Shown here: piece after piece, positions 30,127 to 39,279 of the stretch
Layout: each line of letters begins with the position of its first letter
How positions within the stretch are numbered: the stretch's first letter is position 1
DNA from: an archaeon
GTDB lineage: Archaea; Nanobdellota; Nanobdellia; Woesearchaeales; GW2011-AR9
Reading direction: 5' to 3'
DNA length: 64,000 bases
Assembly (NCBI GenBank): GCA_002688265.1
Contig: NZCK01000007.1
Location: 104,739-168,738 of the forward strand
The notes under the pieces: generated by a model
The model's input: only the letters and a program-made list of their open reading frames with translations
The model's database searches: none
Told to the model about the DNA's origin: nothing
Program-made: the position numbers and the translations under genes

Positions 30127-30912
30127 CTATTTCTTTTGATACGCTTTACGTAAAAAGCTAGCTTTCTCTAATGCAATATCTACCATAGCAGATACATCAT
30201 CAATAGTAATTGGTTCAGAACCACCTTTTTGCAAAGCTGAAATTATCTGCTTTGCATCAGAACCCACAGTTAGACGAGCTTCATAGGAATTCTCCTCTTC
30301 AGTTGTAGGATCAACCAAGAACTTACCGCCAACTTTGTAAACAGTTACTGCAATTGGTGCTTTAGTAAGAGGCAATTTCTTCTTTGTTGTACTCTTATAG
30401 TCAACTGCAAATGTTTCAGGATCAAAGTCACGCAAGCTAGCGTTGTTCAATGCTGCCAAAACAGCTAAAGATGCTGCGTCAAAAACATTACCAGCATCAT
30501 TAATTGATACTACATCAACACTAACAAACCAAGCAAGTTCATTCTTCTTAACACATAACTTCTTGAAATCAATTGCTTTTGCTTCACGAATTGTTCTATC
30601 AACTACACGAGAGATTTCAATTGCCTTCATCCTTGGAGGACCTGACTCATACTGAGAACTAGACATAGGTGTTAGCTCAGCATTAATCATAATCCCGCCT
30701 TCTTCAGGAGTATCAGGGTATGGCTTTTCGAGTGACATTTTTACTCCAGCAATTACAATAGTATCGCCGATTTGAACTCTAGAAGATCCTTCGGCAGTAA
30801 CAGTGATACCTGTCTCTACAGAAATTGGTCCCCTGTATTCAAGCATACCACGTCCGTCAAGACGCATGTCCTTCTTAGCTAAACTAGGAATTGCTTTGTT
30901 GTTTACTATCAT
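30127..30912 (-). CDS. rrp42: Exosome subunit Rrp42
   Basis: RLDGR, AEGS, PYPDTP, RVVDRTIRE, QKGG. Confidence 0.95.
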   Translation of the reverse strand: MIVNNKAIPSLAKKDMRLDGRGMLEYRGPISVETGITVTAEGSSRVQIGDTIVIAGVKMSLEKPYPDTPEEGGIMINAELTPMSSSQYESGPPRMKAIEISRVVDRTIREAKAIDFKKLCVKKNELAWFVSVDVVSINDAGNVFDAASLAVLAALNNASLRDFDPETFAVDYKSTTKKKLPLTKAPIAVTVYKVGGKFLVDPTTEEENSYEARLTVGSDAKQIISALQKGGSEPITIDDVSAMVDIALEKASFLRKAYQKK

Positions 30913-31649
30913 TGTGATACCTCCTTAGCATCAACCTTCTTATCTGTACCAGCTCCTGGGAACCTTGCTTCCAATGCATCCTGTTGCAACTTATGAACTT
31001 TGCCACAAGCATCCTTTGCAGCTTCTAAAGACTTAATCAAATCAGCCTTAGTGATTTCTCCATCCATCTGAAGTAGAGTAATCTCTTTGCTTCCGTTAAT
31101 CATAGCAACTGGAATATCTGATACAATTGCATCGTACGCCTCTTCGTTGTAAGTTAAGTCTGCACAAATTGCACCATCAACTTGACCCATAGCAACTGAC
31201 GTCACCATATCTTTCATTCGAATTCCTGCGTCAGCTAAAGCAATGCAAGCAGCAGAAATTGCTGCACATCTACTCCCAGCGTCAGTGGATGGAAACTCTA
31301 CGAAAACGTCAACAACACTGTTAGGAAATTGACTCAAGTCCACAACAGGACTTAGAGAAAGTTCCATAACCATAGAAATTTCTTGACTTCTTCGTTTTGT
31401 TCCAGGACGAATTCTGGTTCCAGTACCAGAAAAAGGCATCATATTGTAATGACACCGGATAATTCCAGTTTTAGGGTTTTGTAAAAATCTTGGATGTAAT
31501 TCTCGTGGACCATAAACTGCAGCGTATGCCTCAGTTTTTCCAACTTTAAAATATCCAGAGCCGTCTGCATTAGGAATGTTTCCTGCTTTGGCTACCATTG
31601 GACGAAGTTCATCGAACTTACGTCCATCTAATCTTTTTGTATATGCCAT
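30909..31649 (-). CDS. rrp41: Exosome subunit Rrp41
   Basis: RLDGR..DELR, ADGS, VYGPRE, RRSQEIS, LLQMDG. Confidence 0.95.
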   Translation of the reverse strand: MAYTKRLDGRKFDELRPMVAKAGNIPNADGSGYFKVGKTEAYAAVYGPRELHPRFLQNPKTGIIRCHYNMMPFSGTGTRIRPGTKRRSQEISMVMELSLSPVVDLSQFPNSVVDVFVEFPSTDAGSRCAAISAACIALADAGIRMKDMVTSVAMGQVDGAICADLTYNEEAYDAIVSDIPVAMINGSKEITLLQMDGEITKADLIKSLEAAKDACGKVHKLQQDALEARFPGAGTDKKVDAKEVSQ

Positions 31650-31673
31650 TTTATTTTTTTTCCTCATTAATTA

Positions 31674-32534
31674 TTATTTCTTTTCCTCTGAACCTTTTTC
31701 ATCTACAGCCTTGTCAGTATTTTCTGTGGGTGTATCTGCATTTCTTTGTACAAAAGGTTTACTTGGTTTAGAGCTATCATCGCTTCCACGACTACGGTTG
31801 TCTCTTGGTCTGCGATCACCACTAGGTGCAGCAGTTTCTGGTACTTCACCAACAACAGATTTTAGAAAATCTTCAATTCGTTCAGTTAATCCACTCTGAT
31901 GTGCAAACTCTTCAATCATGCGAATTGCTTTTTGAGCAAGTTCTTCTCTTTCAGCGTTGCCATCAATCAGAATAGTCCCGTTTTGACCAACTACCATTTT
32001 ACAACCAGTGTAACGTTTGATTAATCCAATCATACTACCACGTTTACCAATCATTCTTGGAACTTTTTGTGGTGCAACTTGAATTACTCTTCCAGAATTG
32101 ATTTTAAATAATCCTGGTTCTTTCATGGTGATATCAATTAAATTTTGACTTGTTACATTGGTAATTTTTCCAACAACATAATCGCCAATTTCTAAAATTC
32201 GACTTAAATCTTCACCTTTTCGAACAAACCTTTGTGTTGCATCTCTCACGTTAAGCATTGCACTGTAAGGAGTTCCGGTTTGAACTCGCCATCCAGACAT
32301 TAAGATGTCGGATACTTGCGCGATGATAACATCATCCACTTTAGGAATGTAAGGCCCACTCAATGGTGTTACTTTCATGACTCTGCCATTTACATTGGCA
32401 AGCCCCAATACTTTTGAGCGAATTTGTTCGCCCTCTCTATATGTTTCTTCACCTGGTAGGTAATCCATTCCTTGCGCCAATACTTGGCCAGGGATAACTA
32501 CCGCTCGGTGTTCTACTGTTATTTCACTTGACAT
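31674..32534 (-). CDS. rrp4: Exosome subunit Rrp4
   Basis: Y.PKVDDVII, KVPRMIGKRGSM, VGQNG. Confidence 0.95.
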   Translation of the reverse strand: MSSEITVEHRAVVIPGQVLAQGMDYLPGEETYREGEQIRSKVLGLANVNGRVMKVTPLSGPYIPKVDDVIIAQVSDILMSGWRVQTGTPYSAMLNVRDATQRFVRKGEDLSRILEIGDYVVGKITNVTSQNLIDITMKEPGLFKINSGRVIQVAPQKVPRMIGKRGSMIGLIKRYTGCKMVVGQNGTILIDGNAEREELAQKAIRMIEEFAHQSGLTERIEDFLKSVVGEVPETAAPSGDRRPRDNRSRGSDDSSKPSKPFVQRNADTPTENTDKAVDEKGSEEKK

Positions 32535-32633
32535 TTTTCTTTTTCACCTTGTCTATTATTTTTTAAGTGTGTTTTATTTTTCATATTTTTCTTATTTGTA
32601 TTTTTTTTATTTGCTTTTTATTCTTTTATTGTT

Positions 32634-33317
32634 TTACTCTTTGAATGTTACCTGACAACTTCCTCTGGTCTTGGAATTTAAAGTATCAATTGTCCCTGGT
32701 ACTAAACCCGCTGGAACTTCAATGGTTACCTTCCAGGACCCGTCGTTAGTCCACTCTTCTTTTATGAATTTTTGACTTCTAAGATAATTATTCAATGCAC
32801 CAACATACTGGCCTTGAACTAATATTTGTAAAATTTTTACTTCAATTTTGATTGGAATGATCGGTCTTAATTTAGAGATAATTTCATCAAATTGGTCATC
32901 GATAGATTGATTATCTTTTAGATGAATTTTAGCTTCTTGTAAGGCTGCTTCAATTCTGGTCGTGGGATGTGGTAAACTGGTTTTAGGATCAACAGCTAAG
33001 CTATGAATCTTATAGATTAATTGTTTGTGCTTTTGTTCCCTTTCACTTGCTCTTTGATTTGAAGTGGATTGAATTTCACCATGCCTTAGAATTATTTCTG
33101 CAATCTGAGATTTGTTTGTTGTTTTGAAAACTTCTTCTAACTCTGCTGTGCTAGCTAGTTGTCCACGTTTAGCGTCAATGAAAATTTCATCAGAATGGAG
33201 AGCTTCAGCTAAACTGGCGTTTCCTTCCACAAATTCGACCGCTTTATTTGGATCGATGCTAAGTTCAAATGTTTTACCGCTGCGTTTAATTCGCGCGAGA
33301 ATCATAGAATCTGACAT
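32634..33317 (-). CDS. Ribosome maturation factor SBDS/Sdo1
   Basis: DP.T.LPHP..RIEAAL, LRPIIPI; exosome cluster context. Confidence 0.92.
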   Translation of the reverse strand: MSDSMILARIKRSGKTFELSIDPNKAVEFVEGNASLAEALHSDEIFIDAKRGQLASTAELEEVFKTTNKSQIAEIILRHGEIQSTSNQRASEREQKHKQLIYKIHSLAVDPKTSLPHPTTRIEAALQEAKIHLKDNQSIDDQFDEIISKLRPIIPIKIEVKILQILVQGQYVGALNNYLRSQKFIKEEWTNDGSWKVTIEVPAGLVPGTIDTLNSKTRGSCQVTFKE

Positions 33318-33448
33318 ATTATACCTGTTCTTTCTTTCTCTGGTTCAAAAAGCAAAATAAGCAGGTGCTTTATAAAGTTTGCTATGGTATAACAAGAGAA
33401 AATTGGAAAATAAATGAAGAAAAAAGAAAGATCAAAACAACAAGAACA

Positions 33449-34171
33449 TTACTTCACTAACTTCTTAATAACGTCACGATTTAATAATTTAACCTTCTTA
33501 TTATCTGATCGAATTACAGCTACATCACAATTGTTAATATCAAAGTCAGATTTAAGTGCTTCTTTAAGTGCATCAATACCTAATTTAACTGCTTGATCCA
33601 CAGTGATAGAAGCTTTCCACTTCTTCTCCAAAATCTGTTCAACTTCTGTATCATGCTCTCCTGTAGCAGCTGCCCGATACTGAAAATAGAGCCCATACGG
33701 TTCTGTTACAAATAATTTAATTGATCCATCTTCTTCAATTCCAGCTACAAGCATTGATACTCCAAAAGGCCTTAGGCCGGCTGACTGAGTACAGATCTGC
33801 TTTAAGTCGCACATATCTTTTACAATTGATAGCACATCAATCTTACTATTATAGGTTACAAAATGTTGTTGCGCTTTTAATTGAGACCGATCCACTAAAA
33901 CTCTAGCATCAGAAATTATTCCAGAAGCAGTGGTCACAATATGATCGTCAATTGGAAAAGTTTTTTCAATCGCGTCAGCAATCATTAATTTAGAACTTAC
34001 ACGTTTGTCTGCAACTAAAACTACACCATCTTTACAAGTGATTCCTAAAGCCGTGGATCCTTGCTTTACAGTCTTCTTTGCGTACTCAACTTGAAGTAAT
34101 CTCCCATCAGGAGAAAACATAGTGATACTTCTATCATACCCCATCCGATCTTGCATTTTCATACTACTCAT
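33449..34171 (-). CDS. psmA: Proteasome alpha subunit
   Basis: GYDRSITMFSPDGRLLQVEYA, RPFGVS. Confidence 0.98.
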   Translation of the reverse strand: MSSMKMQDRMGYDRSITMFSPDGRLLQVEYAKKTVKQGSTALGITCKDGVVLVADKRVSSKLMIADAIEKTFPIDDHIVTTASGIISDARVLVDRSQLKAQQHFVTYNSKIDVLSIVKDMCDLKQICTQSAGLRPFGVSMLVAGIEEDGSIKLFVTEPYGLYFQYRAAATGEHDTEVEQILEKKWKASITVDQAVKLGIDALKEALKSDFDINNCDVAVIRSDNKKVKLLNRDVIKKLVK

Positions 34172-34250
34172 TATTAATCAACTCCTCATAACTTTGATAG
34201 AAGAATAGTTTGAGCTTTGGCTTTTAAGCTTTTCTAGTGTTTATTGTTGG

Positions 34251-34474
34251 AGCCAGCACTGTGGTCGCCCCCTTGCCGAAATATCTAATCCAAAGAAGTG
34301 ATCTTTCAGGAGCACCTTTCCGGTGCAAAGAAAGCATAGCTTTCTTGCACAAGAAATCTTTGATTTCTTTGTGCCAGCAATCTTTGATTGCTATGCATTA
34401 TACTTTGTAACAAGAAGCAAAATCTGCGCTAACTTAGATGAAAGGGCACAGCTTTGGCCATCAGTAAGCTGGCT
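34251..34474. other. GC-rich multi-hairpin fold-back element between pop5 and psmA
   Basis: AGCCAGC-ACTG-TGGTC / GGCCA-CAGT-GCTGGCT outer stem; hairpins GCACC/GGTGC, GAAAGC/GCTTTC, AGAAATC-ttt-GATTTCT, GCAATC-ttt-GATTGC. Confidence 0.75.
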
Positions 34475-34491
34475 ATAAAAAAAATCAAAAG

Positions 34492-34833
34492 TCACATCTT
34501 AGCCTTGAGCTTCTTCAAAATACCAGAAGTTGAAATAGATTGAATGGTAACAGGCGTCTCTTTGATTTCTTTGATTAGCGCCATTGCGACCTTTAATTCA
34601 TCTGTGTATTTGTGAGAAACCTTGATGATTATTTGTTGAGTGGATTCATCAAAAGAATCTTTTACTACCATTGGACTGGCTTTGGCGAACATAAATATCC
34701 CAAAACAGTTGATCAATTGCTCTTCAATAGCATCAATTACTTCGCGCTTCCAAAACTTTTTCTCTTTTGATTCCGGTGTTATTTGGAAGAGGACATAACG
34801 TTTCTTTGGTTTCAAAGATGGTTGGAGTTTCAT
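34492..34833 (-). CDS. rnp2: RNase P protein Pop5/Rpp14
   Basis: PSL..KKRYV.F, STSGILKK; upstream of psmA as in the archaeal superoperon. Confidence 0.85.
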   Translation of the reverse strand: MKLQPSLKPKKRYVLFQITPESKEKKFWKREVIDAIEEQLINCFGIFMFAKASPMVVKDSFDESTQQIIIKVSHKYTDELKVAMALIKEIKETPVTIQSISTSGILKKLKAKM

Positions 34834-34890
34834 TTTAGTTGTTAATAGTTTAGAAGAATGAAGTTATAAAGTTGTTGATATTTATGATAA

Positions 34891-35496
34891 TTATTCTCTC
34901 AAATACCTGAAATCTTGCCTTGGAGTTAACCCTGGGACCAGATTCAAATCTGAATCAACTAACATTGGGTCCATAGTTGTTCTTCCTGATTCATCAAGTG
35001 ATTGTAAAAGAATGTAAGAACCCTTAAGCATTCTAAAATCTGCTCTAATATCTTTAACACCGTCAAAGAGGCTGCTTGGAAAAACACACAATTTTATTGC
35101 CTTTGCCAAATCACGAGCAACCCTTATCTGATCCAGACCATAACTTCCTTCTAATACCCCAAAAGGAGTGTATGCTGCAAGCGGATCTTCCTCTACAAAA
35201 CTTTGGCCATCAGTACTACCAATACAATAATGTTCTTGTGGAGTAAGATAAAAGAAATGATTAAGATAACCACTTTTTTCAAGTTCCTCAAGTGCTGCTC
35301 CCACTAATTCGTTGGCACCATCAATTTGAGAGAAATCATTAGTACACCTCTTTGATACAATTGTTGCAAGCAAAATATCCTGGCCAGGAAGGGAACCATC
35401 TAAACAAGACATAACATATTGTAATGATCGACATGCTATGCTGTCTTCTGGACATATCTGAAGCATTTCATTGAATCTAGTTAAAAGATCAGCCAT
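34891..35496 (-). CDS. Hypothetical protein
   Basis: 201-aa ORF, no recognised motif. Confidence 0.55.
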   Translation of the reverse strand: MADLLTRFNEMLQICPEDSIACRSLQYVMSCLDGSLPGQDILLATIVSKRCTNDFSQIDGANELVGAALEELEKSGYLNHFFYLTPQEHYCIGSTDGQSFVEEDPLAAYTPFGVLEGSYGLDQIRVARDLAKAIKLCVFPSSLFDGVKDIRADFRMLKGSYILLQSLDESGRTTMDPMLVDSDLNLVPGLTPRQDFRYLRE

Positions 35497-35694
35497 TAAT
35501 TTCTTGTGGACAGGTGTTATTTGTTAAGGTTATTGGTAAGTTTTATTATATTTTAGACAAGATATGTTTTACTCCATTTTATAAAAAATTATGAAAGAAA
35601 AAAAAAGAAAAAAATAACTTTCTTCGCTTGATAATAAGAACAATTTACCAAAAAGCTTTTATGAAAACTGTTTAAAATAATAATAATAATAATA

Positions 35695-36078
35695 ATGAAT
35701 GATCAAAAAATAAATTCTAGAGTTCTAATCTCTGATGATGAGGAAAGAATAGTTAGAATCTTTTCTCGAATGCTTAATGGGGAAGGATGGACAATTGATT
35801 CTGCTGCTAATGGATTAGAATTAAAAGGAAAAATTGATGCACTTTATGAAGATCCTTCACTGTATGATGTAATTCTAACTGATAACGACATGCCTGGGAA
35901 AAAAGGCATTGAATGTGTGAGACACGCAAGAAGCTTAGGAATTAAAACACCCATTTATGTGATGAGTGGCAAACCAGTAGAACAAGAAGCTTTGCAAGCA
36001 GGAGCCACAGGATTTTTCTATAAACCGTTTGATATTGAAGAAGTACTTGAAGTATTAAGTCAATACATAAGAGAGTAG
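35695..36078 (+). CDS. Stand-alone response-regulator receiver (CheY-like)
   Basis: VLISDDE, ILTDNDMPG..G, VMSG, KPF. Confidence 0.9.
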   Translation: MNDQKINSRVLISDDEERIVRIFSRMLNGEGWTIDSAANGLELKGKIDALYEDPSLYDVILTDNDMPGKKGIECVRHARSLGIKTPIYVMSGKPVEQEALQAGATGFFYKPFDIEEVLEVLSQYIRE

Positions 36079-36144
36079 TCGGCGCTGTCCAGAAAGTACC
36101 TAGTAGTCAACAAATTTAAATAGCAAAGAATTCTTTATACTTCA

Positions 36145-36246
36145 ATGGGAACACTCACAACTTATTTCATAACCGTAATTGTAGCATACATAATAGTTAT
36201 GGGAGTACTATTGTATCTTGATAAAAAACAAGTTATTGAACACTAA
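36145..36246 (+). CDS. Putative 33-aa single-TM microprotein
   Basis: MGTLTTYFITVIVAYIIVMGVLLYLDKKQVIEH; TTTAAATA box 22 bp upstream. Confidence 0.45.
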   Translation: MGTLTTYFITVIVAYIIVMGVLLYLDKKQVIEH

Positions 36247-37516
36247 TTGTAAAAGATTTGATCCTTCTAATTTTTTCTAAAACATATTTTGATTTTAAAA
36301 TCTTTTTAGTTACTGACTCCAAATCCCTTGTTTTGATAGCCACTTTTGCAAAAAGAATTCCTCCTTCAGAATAAACTTGGTTTTTGGAATTCTTATCTCT
36401 GAAATTTTGCGCAGCTTCCACCATCTTCTCTGGTGGGCCTTTCTTAACAAACCCTTTAGGTAAAATCTTTTTGGAAGTACAAATGTAAAGTTTTGCAGTT
36501 TCTTTGGGTGACCACTGCCAATCTGCTTCCCTTAACCCAAAACCAGCTAATTCAGATTTCAAATAATCAAAAACTTTGAGAAGCTTACAGCCAACAACAT
36601 CAGGTTTACCTACCAATGCAGTTAGTTCTAAATAAATTAAATTTCGTTTTTTGTTTTTAGCAATAAGTTCTGCAAATTCAACACAAAGCTCCTGATTTTT
36701 GAAAAAAGAAGAGTTTGGAGATTTAAGATACATTTTTGCGGCATTTTTGAAGCGTTGCCATTTCTCTTTGCTAAGAGCTGCAGCTGCATTACGATATTTG
36801 TCAACAGGGTCCACCACAATCAAAGGAGAATTTAATTTTGCTAAATCAATTTCCATAAAGACATCTTTGCCCTGATGATGTTTTTCTACGTCGACAACTT
36901 GTTTTATCTTCCATTTTATAGAGGCTTCTATTAATTTATGGAATGAGCCATAATAAATTGTTAAAATTTCTAAAACATACCCTGAAAAACCACCAAGATA
37001 ACTCTCTGCACCATAGCAACCCTGGGCTTTAGCAAATTGTTTAGCTAAACGAATTTGGTTTTTGATATCTTTTGGTTGCTGATTAACCCAAACAGCATGT
37101 AAAGGAGAGATGTCAGTGATGTTGACAGCCGCTAAACTTTGAGAAATCAAAAGAATTGGGACAATTTCAAATTTGTAGCTGTAGTATTCTAGTTGAAAAT
37201 AATCTCTAGAACCATGAACTCTTTGAATTTTAATTTTAGGAAAAGCTTTCTTTAAAGCCGCTTGTAATAAATCAGAAAGCTTAGCTGATTGATTGGCATA
37301 GATTTCGAAATCAAATCTCACAAAAATATCAATATCAGTTTTATTTACAAAAAAGGTGTCTTTTGCAACACTACCACCTAAAATTACTTCAGCTCCCTTT
37401 ATCCTTTTTGAGAGTGTTTTTATGAAACTGGCAGCTTTGGCATTGATATCAATAGTCTGAACTTTAGTTGGTGAAATTTTCTTAAGTACTGAAGCTTCGA
37501 TACTAGTCAATGTCAT
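36233..37516 (-). CDS. cca: Archaeal class I CCA-adding enzyme
   Basis: GGSVAKDT...DIDIF, YGAE...GFSGY, DPVD..RN.AAA. Confidence 0.95.
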   Translation of the reverse strand: MTLTSIEASVLKKISPTKVQTIDINAKAASFIKTLSKRIKGAEVILGGSVAKDTFFVNKTDIDIFVRFDFEIYANQSAKLSDLLQAALKKAFPKIKIQRVHGSRDYFQLEYYSYKFEIVPILLISQSLAAVNITDISPLHAVWVNQQPKDIKNQIRLAKQFAKAQGCYGAESYLGGFSGYVLEILTIYYGSFHKLIEASIKWKIKQVVDVEKHHQGKDVFMEIDLAKLNSPLIVVDPVDKYRNAAAALSKEKWQRFKNAAKMYLKSPNSSFFKNQELCVEFAELIAKNKKRNLIYLELTALVGKPDVVGCKLLKVFDYLKSELAGFGLREADWQWSPKETAKLYICTSKKILPKGFVKKGPPEKMVEAAQNFRDKNSKNQVYSEGGILFAKVAIKTRDLESVTKKILKSKYVLEKIRRIKSFTISVQ

Positions 37517-37617
37517 TAAAGCCTTAGCAGATTTATGTCTTTATAATTGTTTTTGGGATATGGTGGCATATTTTGACTATGTGAAAAGAATATATATTAA
37601 TCACACCAAAATAAACT

Positions 37618-38136
37618 ATGCAAAAAAATCAACTTATTATGGAGAAGCTAAAACTAAAACATGAACTAGAATATTTTAAATCATATGAGAAAGATTTAGC
37701 AAATTACCTCATTCAAGATGCCTTATATAGTCAGCAATTAAGGTTATCAACTACTTTTTTATGTTTTCATAAAAATATCCTTGTAGGTTACATCACCCTC
37801 TTAGCAGATAAGATTACTCTAAAAGGAGATTTACAATTATCTTTTCGCAATAAAGGTATTCCTTATCAAACTCTTCCTGCACTAAAGATTGGTAGATTGT
37901 GTGTAGATGACTCCTTCTTAAGGAGAGGAATAGGCAGACAACTAGTTTCTTTTGCGATATTTAAGGCAGATATTATGTTCAAAGAAATTGCTGGGTGTCG
38001 GTTTTTAACTGTTGATGCTAAACATAAAAAGATTATCCCTTTTTATGAAAAAATAGGTTTTACAAAGTTATCAAAACTTAAAGTTAATAACAAAGCAATG
38101 ATTCTAGACTTAAATAAAATTAATACTTCACTTTGA
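37618..38136 (+). CDS. GNAT acetyltransferase, TA-toxin type
   Basis: PALKIGRLCVD...RRGIG, GCRFLTVDA, FYEKIGF. Confidence 0.85.
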   Translation: MQKNQLIMEKLKLKHELEYFKSYEKDLANYLIQDALYSQQLRLSTTFLCFHKNILVGYITLLADKITLKGDLQLSFRNKGIPYQTLPALKIGRLCVDDSFLRRGIGRQLVSFAIFKADIMFKEIAGCRFLTVDAKHKKIIPFYEKIGFTKLSKLKVNNKAMILDLNKINTSL

Positions 38137-38272
38137 ATTTTGTTTTTCTTGCTTCATGCAAAAATTTTATTCTAGCTGGATTTGGATTACGTTGTTCTTC
38201 TTCCATTTGCTTCAAAAAATGAATTGCATCTTTGCCCTTCAAAATAGGAGTTGGTTCAATTGGTTTTGCCAT
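38120..38272 (-). CDS. Small antitoxin-like protein
   Basis: 50 aa MAKPIEPTPILKGKDAIHFL; recalled as the type found beside GNAT toxins. Confidence 0.6.
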   Translation of the reverse strand: MAKPIEPTPILKGKDAIHFLKQMEEEQRNPNPARIKFLHEARKTKFKVKY

Positions 38273-38393
38273 GATATTTTGGAAATAGTTTAGATTTATA
38301 TGCTTGTTGCATTTACCGATATATTCTATTTGAGTTTTTGTACCTTTGTGGCAACAAGGAATCTTTTTATACAAGTTATGTTTCTGGTTTTAC

Positions 38394-38693
38394 ATGGCAA
38401 TTTTGGACTCAAAAGTGAACTGTTACAGTTGCCAGGAAACTGTTTCAAAACGGAATACTCGTTTGTTTAATTTGTATGGCAGAGGTAATGTCTATGAGTG
38501 TTTTAGTTGCTTCAAAGGTAACAAAGGTGGAATTCCACACATATTGAGTCAATCAAAAGAGAAGCAAAAACAAGATTTATTTTGTAATCAATGTAGGTAT
38601 AAGTTTTCTAGTCGGCGGGCTGTTTGTCCTTATTGTGGCAAATCTGCTAATTTAGTGGAATCTAATGTGACTACTGTTGATTTGCTTGGGTAG
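38394..38693 (+). CDS. Double zinc-ribbon protein
   Basis: Four CxxC motifs. Confidence 0.7.
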   Translation: MAILDSKVNCYSCQETVSKRNTRLFNLYGRGNVYECFSCFKGNKGGIPHILSQSKEKQKQDLFCNQCRYKFSSRRAVCPYCGKSANLVESNVTTVDLLG

Positions 38694-38844
38694 GAAATTT
38701 TCTATAGATTTTTTGATGATTTAATACAGATAGAAGATTCTATTTATTTTTAGTTATTTGTTACTAAATAGTGGTTATTTTGAGGAAAAGTTTATAAGTG
38801 GGCTTTGATTCTAGGGAGTATTAAGCTTAATCGAGGAAAAAACC

Positions 38845-39222
38845 ATGAAAAGAGATATGAAACTGCAAAGATCATTTGCTAATGTGAAGGAAGATATGGC
38901 TCACCTATACAGCTATATCGATACCATGCGAAACAGAGTTGTTGAACTGGAAGACACCAATATGCGTTTGATTTCTGCAATGACTGTTCTTGGCGAAATT
39001 GTAGCAGCTGGACAGAAAAGGCAACTTGATTGTCAAAAGCATACTGTAAAAAAAGTAAGTTACAAACCAAAAGTAAGAGTTGTTGCTTCTAAAACTGGAA
39101 AGAAAGCGCATTTGAATTCTTGTGCATTTGCTAAGAATATGAAAGCAATCAACAAAAGAGAATTTAGCTCAAAGACAAGTGCTCGTAAAGCAGGTTATAA
39201 GCTTTGTAAGTGTATGAAGTAA
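38845..39222 (+). CDS. Coiled-coil protein with Ada-like metal-binding C-terminus
   Basis: SKTGKKAH..SC...A.KAGYKLCKC; GAGG SD. Confidence 0.7.
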   Translation: MKRDMKLQRSFANVKEDMAHLYSYIDTMRNRVVELEDTNMRLISAMTVLGEIVAAGQKRQLDCQKHTVKKVSYKPKVRVVASKTGKKAHLNSCAFAKNMKAINKREFSSKTSARKAGYKLCKCMK

Positions 39223-39279
39223 GAATTTAGAAAAATTAGTGATTAAATTAATAAAAAACGAAAGAAAATATGATATACA

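Noticed and set aside
34251..34474. RNase P RNA next to pop5
   Set aside because: No GAGGAAAGUCC-type or terminal P4 consensus found on either strand
35675..35695. (AAT)n microsatellite before the receiver gene
   Set aside because: Short and expected in AT-rich spacers
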